This document shows, in pieces, positions 14,401 to 23,311 of a stretch of DNA of 31,374 bases (the stretch's first letter is position 1; each line of letters begins with the position of its first letter). This stretch comes from an uncultured Lentisphaerales bacterium (lineage in GTDB: Bacteria; Verrucomicrobiota; Kiritimatiellia; RFP12; JAAYLN01), in NCBI GenBank assembly GCA_964649455.1, contig CAZYRQ010000001.1, forward strand, positions 1-31,374, read 5' to 3'. Position numbers and translations under genes: made by a program. Below the pieces are notes generated by a model. The model was not told the DNA's origin and did not search any database. It saw only the letters and a list, made by a program, of their open reading frames with translations.

Positions 14401-16380
14401 ATGCCAAGGATTGCTGAAATTATGCGTTCACATCCAACCCGATGCCGACCGTCAGCCTTCGGCGGCATGCTCTGCACGGTTGCCGCGCTGCTGGCACCCG
14501 CCTGGACGACCGCGCAGGTCGAGCACCTCGACGCCCGCGCCCTGGACGCGCTCGTACGGAGCCTTCCGGAGCGCGAGCGCCAGGCGCAGGGGCCACTGAA
14601 GGCGCATCTTGGAGGCCTGGCTGGCGCGCGGCCGCTGGCGATCGCCAACGCTGTGCGCGTGGCTGCGGATGTCGCGGCCCGGGGGCGCCCGGGAGTTTCG
14701 CTCGCCTGCTATGCCGTGCCGGCCATGAGCGACCGCATGCGCCTGCCCGATGCCTATCCCGCCGACGGCGCGCCCTTCGAGCCCCTGCGCCTCGTCGCCA
14801 CGCCGGGCGAGTTCGAGCCGGCCTCCTTCGTCGTCTATCCCTTCGCCGACCTTGGCCGGGCGACCTTCTCGGTCGGCGACCTCGCGCGCGCCGCTGGCGG
14901 CACCATCCCCGCCGCGCAGCTCGACCTGCGGGTCGTCAAGGTGTGGTACCAGAACGGCAACGGCTGGATCAGCTACTTCATGGACACCGGGCTACATCTG
15001 ACGCCTGAACTGCTGCTCCACGACGAGGACCTCGTGCGGGTCGACACCGCCGCGCAGGCCAACCACGCGCGCGTCAGAAATCCCGACGGCACCTACCGCC
15101 ACCATTGGATCACGCCCCCGAAGACGCTCGATTCGATCTACGACGAGCGCGGCAAGCACTACACCTTCCGGCCCATGAAGGAGGACTTCGAGGATGCCGC
15201 CACCCTCCAGCCGGTCGCGCTGGCGGCCGGATCCTTCAAGCAGTTCTGGCTCACCGTGCGCGTGCCCGAGGACGCCGCGCCGGGCCTCTACACGGGCGCC
15301 ATCGCCGTCGCCGTGCCCGGCCAGCCCCGCCTGGCGGAGATCCCCGTCGTGCTGCGGGTGCTGCCCTTCGCGCTCCCCGAGCCGAAAACCTACTTCGATC
15401 CGCAGCGCGACTTCCTCGTCACCACCTACAACTACGTCTCCTACGACATCCTCCTCGCCGAGAACGGCAACGACTTCGCGCTCGCCACGCGGCAGTACCT
15501 CGGCATCCTCAGGAACATGCGCCGCCACAACATCGCCACCTACAAGGTGCGGGGTGCGCCGGGCGACGACCTCCGGCGGCAGCTCGATCTGGCGCGCGAG
15601 GCAGGCATGCGCATGGATGTGATCGTCGGATCCTCGATGCGCGTGGGCCGCGACACGACGCACGAAGGCCTGCTCGCGACCCGGCGCTACGCGGAGGAGA
15701 CGCGCGACTTCTTCCTCAAGCACCTCGGCCACCTCAACGTCTATCTCCAGAGCGGCGACGAGCCGGGACCGGCATGGATCGTCGACATGCGGCCCCACTG
15801 GAGCCTCTACCAGGAGCTGGGCTTCAAGTTCTACACGGCCGGCAGCGAGGCCCTTTACCACAAGGGCGGCTACATCTACGACATGCATCCGGCCGCGGCC
15901 TTCCCGGAGGAGAGCGGGCGGACGCGCCGGTGGAACGAGATCGGCCACGCGTATGTCGGCTGGTACGCCGCACAGCACGTCGGCGTCGAGAACCCCGCCT
16001 ACATCCGCAAGCAGTACGGGCTCGTCCCCTACCGCAACAACTTCAGCATGCTCTGCAACTACTCCTTCTCGATGAATCCCTGGAACGACCTGGCCAAGGA
16101 CACCTACAAGCCGATGGTCTTCGCCTACTGCACGCGCGGCGAGCTCGTCGACACCCTGGCCTGGGAGGGCTTCCGCGAGGGCGTCGACGACATCCGCTAC
16201 GCCACGCGGCTGCGGGAGCTCGCCCTCGAGGCAAGCGACGCCGGCGGTGGGATCGGGCGGCGCTACGCCGGACGCCAGGCCCTCCAGTACCTCGCCGACC
16301 TCGACGTCGCGGGCGGCGACATGAACGCCGCCCGTCTAGAGATCATCGAGCGCATCCTCCACCTCGAAGACCTGCGCTGA
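14401..16380 (+). CDS. Putative secreted glycoside hydrolase, GH123/DUF4091-like
   Basis: LRLVATPGEFEPASFVV, KQFWLTVRVPEDAAPGLYTGAI, SGDEP and AWEGFREGVDDIRY motifs, with a hydrophobic leader. Start uncertain (ATG at 14401, 14422 or 14467). Confidence 0.65.
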   Translation: MPRIAEIMRSHPTRCRPSAFGGMLCTVAALLAPAWTTAQVEHLDARALDALVRSLPERERQAQGPLKAHLGGLAGARPLAIANAVRVAADVAARGRPGVSLACYAVPAMSDRMRLPDAYPADGAPFEPLRLVATPGEFEPASFVVYPFADLGRATFSVGDLARAAGGTIPAAQLDLRVVKVWYQNGNGWISYFMDTGLHLTPELLLHDEDLVRVDTAAQANHARVRNPDGTYRHHWITPPKTLDSIYDERGKHYTFRPMKEDFEDAATLQPVALAAGSFKQFWLTVRVPEDAAPGLYTGAIAVAVPGQPRLAEIPVVLRVLPFALPEPKTYFDPQRDFLVTTYNYVSYDILLAENGNDFALATRQYLGILRNMRRHNIATYKVRGAPGDDLRRQLDLAREAGMRMDVIVGSSMRVGRDTTHEGLLATRRYAEETRDFFLKHLGHLNVYLQSGDEPGPAWIVDMRPHWSLYQELGFKFYTAGSEALYHKGGYIYDMHPAAAFPEESGRTRRWNEIGHAYVGWYAAQHVGVENPAYIRKQYGLVPYRNNFSMLCNYSFSMNPWNDLAKDTYKPMVFAYCTRGELVDTLAWEGFREGVDDIRYATRLRELALEASDAGGGIGRRYAGRQALQYLADLDVAGGDMNAARLEIIERILHLEDLR

Positions 16381-16407
16381 ACGATCCCCTTCCAGCAGGA
16401 GCATCCC

Positions 16408-19014
16408 ATGAAGATCCGACTGATTCCTTCGCTCCTCGCCGGCCTGCTGCTGGCGTCCACCGCCGCCCCCGCCGCCGACCTGATCGCGGAGGCCCGGGCG
16501 CTCGCCGCCGCCAACGACCCCGCCGGGGCCGTGGCCCGCTACCGCGAAGCCGCCGCCTTGCCCGGGGCCGACGCGAAGGCGCGGGCCCGGGCGCTCTACG
16601 GCGTGGCCGACCTCTTCCTTGGTCCGCTTGATCACCTGGACGACGCGCTCGCCGCCTACGATGCCATTGCCGCCATCGAGGATCTCCCGGCCAGCGAACG
16701 CCTGGCGGCGCGCAACCGCAAAACCGCCGCGCTCATGCGTTTCCGCACGAAGGAACGGGTGCTCCAGATGCGCGAAGTCTGGGCCGGAATCGGCCGTGAC
16801 ACGAGCCTGACGCCCGCGCAACGCATCAAAGGCTGGATCTCCGCCGCGAACAATGCCGCCGAGAGCTCGGTCTACGCCAACCTCGACGAGGCGCGCCAGG
16901 CCCTCGATCAGGCGCTGACCACCGAGGGCCTCGCGGAGGCCGAACGGGCCGAGGTGCTGGCGCAGTACATCCACTACTGGCTCAAGGCGAAGGATCTGCC
17001 CGCCGCCGCCGACTGCGCGCGGCGCATCCTGGCGAGCAGCGGCGCCACGCCGACCCAGCGGATCGAGGCCGCCTACCAGTTGGCCGGCGTCCAACTCATG
17101 CAGGGCGACGAGGCTGCGGCCGACGCCACCGTGCGCGGCACGCTGACGTTTCCGGGCCTCTCGGACGGCGAGAAGGGGCGCGCCTACTACAACATCGGTC
17201 AGATCAGTGCGCGTATGTACCGCCACGCGGCGGCGCGCGAGGCCTTCGCCGAGGCCGCCCGGCTCGATCCCGCCCTCAAGCTCAAGGCGGAGACGGCCAT
17301 GGCCGACGCCTGGATGGCCGAGGGCGCCACCGACCAGGCGCTGACCCTCTACCGCGAGGCCGGGCGCGTGGCCGATGCCGCCGGCGTGCTGCACGCGCAG
17401 GGCGACAGCGACGCCGCCCTCGCACTGCTGCGCGCCGCAATCAACGACGAGACGCGCCCTGATCGCGACCGCTGGCCCGCCATGACGCGCTTCCTGGACA
17501 TCTGCCTGGCGGCCGGCCGCTTCGAGGAGGCCCGCGGCATCCTGGCCGCATACCAGACATTGGCCGGCGACACGGCGGTTCGCGGACGCCCCCTGATGAG
17601 CCTGCTGCAGCTCGCCATGACCCGCACGGTCTACCCCTTCGCCGCCGAGGCCGCTGAAACGCTCGGCGCGAACGGCGGACTGGCGCGCGAGGAACGCTTC
17701 CTCGCCGGGATCTACGGCGTCAACGCCCTCGCCGGGATGGGCGAGGTGGTGACGGCGACGGCGCGCGCCGACCACCTGGCGCAGGACGAGCGCCTCGCGC
17801 CCCTGCACCGCTTCACCTTCGCCCTGATCCAGGGCATCCTCGCCGCGCCCGACCAGGCCTCCGGGATCCGCGCGACGGTCGGAGCCGTCGAGACGGCCTT
17901 CGCGCGCGAGGCGCTCGATCCCGCCGCGCGGCTCGAGGCGCTGCTGCGCGCCGGCCGCACGGCGATGATCGCCCGACGCTTCACAGCCGCCCGCGCCGTG
18001 GGTGAAATCCACACGTCGCGCTTCGTGCCCGAGCCAACCAAGACCTACACGGTCGGCTTCATGCCCCAGGCGCCAGCCAGCATCGACGGCTTCCTCGCCT
18101 CCGACCTGGTCCGTGACCCGCCGCGCCGCGCGCGCCTCGACCGCAAATTCGGCGGCAACCTCGAACTGGTCGTGGCCACCGACGCCGCGACCGGCGACCG
18201 CGGCGACATCCGCCTCGACGCGGGTGCCGTGGGCGACACCGAGACCGGCTTCTTCGCGGTCTGCGATGCCGACGGCATCCATCTCTTCTTCGAGGCCCTG
18301 GACGACAAGACGCCCGAGGTCGAGGCCGGCCTGCTGCGCGGCGGCAGCTTCGAAGGCTACCTCGCCGCGGGCGAGCGCGTGCCCCATACCTGCTTCCTCG
18401 TCAACCTGCAGTCGGGCAAGGTCACGCTCTGGAACGCGGCCTACGCCACCGACCAGCATACGCCCATCACCGCCGAGTCAGCCGGTTTCCGCAGTGAGTT
18501 CCGGCACACGGATCGCGCGCACCTGCTCTATCTCTTCTTCGATTGGGCTTTTTTTCACGACAAACTGCCCGGCACGGACGACGCCTGGCTCTTCGAAGTG
18601 GGACGCTGGGCGCGCGGCGGACGAGTGACCTGGAACGGGCTCAAGACGGTTCACGGTCGCTCCAGCTTCGGACACTGGCGCTTCGACCTGTCCGACGCCG
18701 ACCGGCGCGCGATCAAGCGCAAGCTCATCTACAAGGCCTATGCCCGCTACCTGGCGGAGAAAAACCCGCGCACCGGCGGCCTGGTCGACTTTTATGCCGA
18801 CAAGGACTACTCGGATCCCGCCTTCCACGCCGCCGAGGTCGCGCCGCTGATCGAACGTCTGGACGCCTTCGGCAAACGGGTCTCCGCCGCCATGCCCGCC
18901 ACCGAGGTCGACACCCTCTTCGCCGAGGCCGTGCCGTCCTGGATGAACATCCGCTACCGCCTGACCGACCTCCGCCGCGCCTATCTCGAACGCAAGCTGA
19001 CCGACGTCAAGTGA
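16408..19014 (+). CDS. Secreted TPR-repeat protein with a C-terminal beta-sandwich (CBM9/DOMON-like) region
   Basis: 868 aa. Signal peptide MKIRLIPSLLAGLLLASTAAPA, TPR-like helices (RAYYNIGQI, AAREAFAEA), and TETGFFAVCDADGIHLFFEA resembling CBM9-like strands. CAGGAG RBS. Confidence 0.65.
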   Translation: MKIRLIPSLLAGLLLASTAAPAADLIAEARALAAANDPAGAVARYREAAALPGADAKARARALYGVADLFLGPLDHLDDALAAYDAIAAIEDLPASERLAARNRKTAALMRFRTKERVLQMREVWAGIGRDTSLTPAQRIKGWISAANNAAESSVYANLDEARQALDQALTTEGLAEAERAEVLAQYIHYWLKAKDLPAAADCARRILASSGATPTQRIEAAYQLAGVQLMQGDEAAADATVRGTLTFPGLSDGEKGRAYYNIGQISARMYRHAAAREAFAEAARLDPALKLKAETAMADAWMAEGATDQALTLYREAGRVADAAGVLHAQGDSDAALALLRAAINDETRPDRDRWPAMTRFLDICLAAGRFEEARGILAAYQTLAGDTAVRGRPLMSLLQLAMTRTVYPFAAEAAETLGANGGLAREERFLAGIYGVNALAGMGEVVTATARADHLAQDERLAPLHRFTFALIQGILAAPDQASGIRATVGAVETAFAREALDPAARLEALLRAGRTAMIARRFTAARAVGEIHTSRFVPEPTKTYTVGFMPQAPASIDGFLASDLVRDPPRRARLDRKFGGNLELVVATDAATGDRGDIRLDAGAVGDTETGFFAVCDADGIHLFFEALDDKTPEVEAGLLRGGSFEGYLAAGERVPHTCFLVNLQSGKVTLWNAAYATDQHTPITAESAGFRSEFRHTDRAHLLYLFFDWAFFHDKLPGTDDAWLFEVGRWARGGRVTWNGLKTVHGRSSFGHWRFDLSDADRRAIKRKLIYKAYARYLAEKNPRTGGLVDFYADKDYSDPAFHAAEVAPLIERLDAFGKRVSAAMPATEVDTLFAEAVPSWMNIRYRLTDLRRAYLERKLTDVK

Positions 19015-19016
19015 GG

Positions 19017-19412
19017 CGGCAACCCGTCGGAGACGTGTTGCGACCCGGCCGTGGGACGCACCGACAGTAACGACGCAGCTACGACGCGTCGCCCCACATG
19101 CACCCGGCAGTGCGCCTGTTGCATAGCCATGCGCCCAGCCTTGCGCATACGGCTCGCGGGGACGCTCGCCCTCCAGTTAGATACATCAAGCCGTTGGCGA
19201 TGACTCACCAGGAGGGCGAGCGTCCTCGCGAGCCGAAAGTGTAAAGGGATGCGAGAAAAGGCGATGATAAGCACGCCCTCCCCTGCCTTTCATGTCTGCG
19301 TTCCAGATTCCAATAGCATCGAGAAGTGCCTATCTGACGGGTCGCCGGGAGGCCGACGCGTCGTAGCCGCGTCGGTACTGCAAGGTAGCGACACGTCGCC
19401 GACGGGTTGCCG
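19017..19412. repeat. Nested inverted-repeat cassette filling the gap between convergent genes
   Basis: Outer arms 19017-19091 and 19354-19412, with perfect 14-bp blocks 19017-19030/19399-19412 and 19078-19091/19354-19367. Confidence 0.85.
19131..19258. repeat. 128-bp REPIN-like unit, copy 2 (inverted relative to 4892-5019)
   Basis: Arms 19150-19174 and 19211-19235 are 25-nt inverted repeats with 1 mismatch, separated by a 36-nt spacer. Confidence 0.9.
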
Positions 19413-19417
19413 ACTGG

Positions 19418-20518
19418 TCAAACCTTGTAGATCTGCGGATTCCGCCGCCGACACTCTTCGATGACGGCGATCTGGCGGCGCACCTGCTGCGGGGTGATCT
19501 CCAGCGGCGCGCCCGTGGTCAGCGACCGGTGGAGCATGTCGTAGAAGGCCTGGCTCATGCTGCCCTCCGGCTGGATGGGCGCATAGGCCGCCTCGCTTGT
19601 GGCGGCGGTTCCCGGGGCGTCCGGCCATTGGCCCGTCAGCCAGGCGACCTCCTCGCGGCAGAAGACGGGGTTGCCGGTGGCGGGGTCGGTGAGCGGCTCG
19701 CGCACGAGGCGCAGTGGCGCGAGCGCCGTGGGATCGTAGTAGCGCCAGGCGGCCTCGCCCTGGGTGCCCTTGAGGCCGCCGCGCGTGCCGAAGATCTGGT
19801 ACGTGAAGCAGGGATAGGCGCAGCAGGAGGAGATTTCCAGGTCGACCAGCGGATGCCCCGGCCCGCGCAGCATCAGCTTGACGTGGTTCTCGGCGTCGCC
19901 GGTGGTTCCCTCCGTGCAGTCCATGTGGCAGTAGACCTCCGGATCCCCCTCGCCGAAGAGCACGAGGGCCTGGTCGAGCGGGTGGGGGCCCGTGTTGGCC
20001 AGGCTGCCGCCGTTGTACGCCTGCAGGGTCTGCCAGTCCCAGCGGCGGGCGTGGCCGTTGAAGGCGATGGAGACCTGCACGAGGCGCCCGAGCACGCCGG
20101 AGGCGATCACGCGCTGGACTTGCCGGAAGTAGCCGGCATAGCGCGATTGCTGGAAGATGGCGAGGATGCGCCCGGTGGACTGCGACACGCCGATCAGGTC
20201 GTCGACCTCCGCGACGGTGCGCGCGAACGGCTTCTCGCAGAGCACGTGATGGCCCGCCAGCATCGCCTCGCGCGTGACCGGTGCGTGGAGGTGGCTGAAC
20301 GTCGCGTTGACGACCAGATCGAGATCCTGGCGCCGCAGCAGTTCGCGGTGCTCCGCATGCGTCTCGCAGCCGTATTCCTTCGCGGCGGCCTGCCGGCGAT
20401 CCTCGAGGGGATCCGCCACGGCGACGATATGGAAGCGCGGATCCTTTGCCAGGAAGACGCCGTGGATGTAGTGTCCGCTGCGTCCATGTCCGATGATGCC
20501 CACGCGAATTCGATTCAT
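19418..20518 (-). CDS. Gfo/Idh/MocA-family NAD(P)-dependent oxidoreductase
   Basis: IRVGIIGHGRSG, HVLCEKPF, IFQQSRY and GGSLANTGPHPLDQ. AAGGAG RBS. Confidence 0.93.
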   Translation of the reverse strand: MNRIRVGIIGHGRSGHYIHGVFLAKDPRFHIVAVADPLEDRRQAAAKEYGCETHAEHRELLRRQDLDLVVNATFSHLHAPVTREAMLAGHHVLCEKPFARTVAEVDDLIGVSQSTGRILAIFQQSRYAGYFRQVQRVIASGVLGRLVQVSIAFNGHARRWDWQTLQAYNGGSLANTGPHPLDQALVLFGEGDPEVYCHMDCTEGTTGDAENHVKLMLRGPGHPLVDLEISSCCAYPCFTYQIFGTRGGLKGTQGEAAWRYYDPTALAPLRLVREPLTDPATGNPVFCREEVAWLTGQWPDAPGTAATSEAAYAPIQPEGSMSQAFYDMLHRSLTTGAPLEITPQQVRRQIAVIEECRRRNPQIYKV

Positions 20519-20532
20519 GGTGTTGTTCTCCT

Positions 20533-20784
20533 TCAGTACTGCTGCTCGTACTCGCCCCGTCCGATCTTCTTCAGTTTCTTGAACCCCGCGCGTCGAGCGC
20601 GGTCGTCGAGTCCCGACCGCGAGCGGCCGATGGCCGGGAGCGAGACGCACTTGCGGACGGGCGCGCCGCAGCGCGGGCACCGCACGAGCGACGCGTCGTC
20701 CAGGCGTTGCGCGTAATCGAAGCCCTGTTGGCAGAAAGAACAGCTTTTGCTGGTGTTTTCGGCGGAATACTCGTAGGTCGGCAT
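20533..20784 (-). CDS. FmdB-family zinc-ribbon protein
   Basis: MPTYEY...CSFC...F...Q.LDD....CPRCG..VRK; 83 aa; ends 14 nt upstream of the oxidoreductase start. Confidence 0.85.
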   Translation of the reverse strand: MPTYEYSAENTSKSCSFCQQGFDYAQRLDDASLVRCPRCGAPVRKCVSLPAIGRSRSGLDDRARRAGFKKLKKIGRGEYEQQY

Positions 20785-20984
20785 GGGCGGCGCTCCGTGC
20801 CGGGAACGTCTGCAGACAACTCCGGCATCGGCTCCATTGTGGATTCTCCGGCCGCAGGATGCAAGCCTGTGTTGAAAAAATAACGCACCCCCCTTGATTT
20901 TCCTGTTGCTTTTGGCCGTCAATATCGTATCTTGTTCTCGTGCTGCGGTAAGTTCACCAGCACAAAACACAGGAGTACACCACG

Positions 20985-21326
20985 ATGGCAACGAAGAAGA
21001 GCGCTCCCAAGGCGAAGGCAGCCGCCCCCAAGGTCAAGGGCTCGCCCAAGACCAAGGCCCAGATTCTGGCCGCGATCGCGGACGGGGCCGAAATCAGCAA
21101 GAAGCAGGCAAAGGCCGCGTACGACACCCTCCTCGCGATCGCCTATGCCGGCGCCAAGGCCAAGACGGGCATTCTGCTGCCCGGCCTGGGCAAGCTGATC
21201 AAGGTCCAGCGCAAGGCGCGCACGGGCCGCAATCCCGCCACGGGTGCGACGATCAAGATCCCCGCCAAGACGGTGGCCAAGTTCCGCCTGGCGAAGGTCT
21301 GCAAGGAAGCGGTTCTGACCAAGTAG
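20985..21326 (+). CDS. hup: HU-family DNA-binding protein with a Lys/Ala-rich N-terminal extension
   Basis: TKAQILAAIA, LPGLGKL, RKARTGRNPATG and IKIPAK.VAKF. CAGGAG RBS. Confidence 0.93.
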   Translation: MATKKSAPKAKAAAPKVKGSPKTKAQILAAIADGAEISKKQAKAAYDTLLAIAYAGAKAKTGILLPGLGKLIKVQRKARTGRNPATGATIKIPAKTVAKFRLAKVCKEAVLTK

Positions 21327-21352
21327 TCCGGAACGCGACCGAAGGTCATGAT

Positions 21353-21392
21353 ATGACCGCGCCACTCACGGGTGGCGCGGTCATTCTTGTTT
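21353..21392 (+). terminator. Rho-independent terminator after HU, possibly bidirectional
   Basis: 13-bp stem ATGACCGCGCCAC / GTGGCGCGGTCAT followed by TCTTGTTT. It contains the stop codon of the convergent PHP gene. Confidence 0.8.
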
Positions 21393-22745
21393 GCGGATCA
21401 GAGCGCCCAGCAGCCCCAGCGCGCGCTCCGGGCCCGCATCGAGCAGCCGGTCGGCCAGTTCGTGCGTGACGGGCGGCAGGGCGCCGACCGCCGCGAAGAA
21501 GGCGTTGCGGTCGGCCCGGTCGGCGAAGATCGCCTCGGCGCGCGCCCCCAGGTAGGGCATGTCGGCGTAGGTGGCCAGGATGGTGTGGCCCGCCAGGATC
21601 CGGGCGCCTTCCAGAAAGAGGCGGCGGTAGCGGCTGAGCACGGGGCCGTCGAGGTCGTCGGCGAGCGGGAGGCCGCGGCGGTTCATCTCGGTGCCGATGT
21701 TGATCGGCAGGCGGCGCCGCGCGGCCTCGGTGATCACCTCGTCGAGCCGGGCGCGCTTCAGGTCGCGCCCCGCGTCCGTCTTGTCCTTCCAGTTGCGGTC
21801 CGGAATGAGATTCAGGCCCGCGCAGCCCTTGGCGGTCAGCAGATCCATCATGGCGGTGCAGTCCCGCTCGGCGCCGCGCGTGCCGTCGAGCCAGGTGATC
21901 AGCGGAATGGCCTGGCAGTCGCGCACCCAGTCGATGAAGCGCTCCAGCGGGGGGAACTGCTCCGGCGTCGGCTGCACGTAGCCGATCCCCCCCTGCTTGG
22001 CGAGGGCGCCGCGGACACGCTCCTCGAGCGCCGGGCGGTCCTCCAGCAGCGCGCGGCAGGCCGCCGGATCGCCGCCGAGGCCGAGGAGCGGCGCCCAGAA
22101 GGCGGCCCGCTGACGGGGGTCGGCGAAGCGGCGCTCGGCCCGGGAAACATAGGCGGAGATGATGTGGCGCTCGGTTGCCACGCCGGCGGGGGTCAGGGGC
22201 CGCACCTCGCGGTTGAAATGGATGGCGATCTCCGGCAGGCGCTCGTTGATGCGTCCGATCAGCGCCTCGTTGCGCGTCTGCGCGCCCTGCCGGAAGCGCG
22301 CGAGCTGCTCGTCCGGTGCGCTGCCGGGCCGGGGCCGCGCGGGGAAGCCTCCGCCCATGACGTAGGCGACGCCCGGCTCGCCCGGGGAATTGATCTCGAC
22401 CTCGGCCCATTCGCCGACATAGGCGCGCGTCTCGAGATGCACGGCGGCGCGCAGCCCGACGACGCGCGCGGCGTCGAGGAACTCCTCCAGGCCGTCGAGC
22501 ACGTCGAAGTCGCAAAGGGCCGCCGCGTACCAGCCCGCCTTGTGCGCCTCCCAGACGATGCGGCTCGGCGACCATCCCTCCGCGTGGTAGGAGAAGAACG
22601 AGTGGCAGTGCATGTTGACGGCGCCGTCCGCCGGCGGCGCGTCCTCCCCGCGCATCGCGGCGCACGCCGCGAGCGCATCGCGGCGCACCGCGGGATCGAA
22701 ATCGTTGAGCTTCGCCTCGAGGCGTGTCCATTCCTGGTTCGTCAT
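21381..22745 (-). CDS. PHP-domain protein with a divergent metal site
   Basis: VNMHCHSFFSY, SPSRIVWEA, LCDFDVLDGLEEF, HLETR, GLNLIPDRN and GTEMN. Start MTNQEW is the probable one. Confidence 0.75.
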   Translation of the reverse strand: MTNQEWTRLEAKLNDFDPAVRRDALAACAAMRGEDAPPADGAVNMHCHSFFSYHAEGWSPSRIVWEAHKAGWYAAALCDFDVLDGLEEFLDAARVVGLRAAVHLETRAYVGEWAEVEINSPGEPGVAYVMGGGFPARPRPGSAPDEQLARFRQGAQTRNEALIGRINERLPEIAIHFNREVRPLTPAGVATERHIISAYVSRAERRFADPRQRAAFWAPLLGLGGDPAACRALLEDRPALEERVRGALAKQGGIGYVQPTPEQFPPLERFIDWVRDCQAIPLITWLDGTRGAERDCTAMMDLLTAKGCAGLNLIPDRNWKDKTDAGRDLKRARLDEVITEAARRRLPINIGTEMNRRGLPLADDLDGPVLSRYRRLFLEGARILAGHTILATYADMPYLGARAEAIFADRADRNAFFAAVGALPPVTHELADRLLDAGPERALGLLGALIRKQE

Positions 22746-22848
22746 TGTGCCCCCGTCCGACTGGATCGACAGAAGGCGGCCAGCATACCCGCGTGGCGCG
22801 AACCGCGTCAAGAGGCGCTTGCTGAGCTCAGGCGGAACGAGCTCAGGG

Positions 22849-22929
22849 GGACGACACGGAGGTCGTCCCTCCAGCCCAGATGACCGCCGGTTGCGACAGA
22901 ATTGGAGGGTCGGGCTCCGTCCCGACCGG
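22849..22929. repeat. Uninterrupted REP-like doublet (GGAG + 7-bp stem + CTCCGT loop)
   Basis: Arms 22849-22873 and 22903-22929 with a 29-nt spacer. Both arms are exact inverted copies of the arms at 5659-5683 and 5485-5511. Confidence 0.85.
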
Positions 22930-22944
22930 TATGTTGGTGGCTAC

Positions 22945-23085
22945 AAGCTCCTTGCCTTATTCCGACTACCCGGGCCTGAAGGCTTTCGCGGGCTTCCGGC
23001 TGAAGCGGTACTTCGACGGAAAGGTCTGTGCCGGTTAACCATCGCGTCGGAGTCCCGTCTTCAGGCGGCAGTCGGCAAGGAGCTT
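22945..23085. repeat. REP-doublet cassette bounded by a perfect 12-bp inverted repeat
   Basis: AAGCTCCTTGCC at 22945-22956 and GGCAAGGAGCTT at 23074-23085. The interior is homologous to the reverse complement of 8656-8776 (roughly 75-80% by eye). Confidence 0.75.
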
Positions 23086-23311
23086 CAGTCCCGTTTCGCA
23101 TCGGATGCCCCCAAGCGTGCCGTTTTCGCTCGCTTCTCCATGCGCTGATCCCCCACCCCCCCCAGAAACTGACACATTATAGCCATTACTGCCAGTGCCG
23201 CTTCGCGATTGCGTTGGCGGGGACGCCATGCCATACTACTAGCCACATTGCTTCTACCGGCGGTTGGCGGCGAATACCGGCACGCTGGAAGGCATCGGGA
23301 GAGACGGATAG

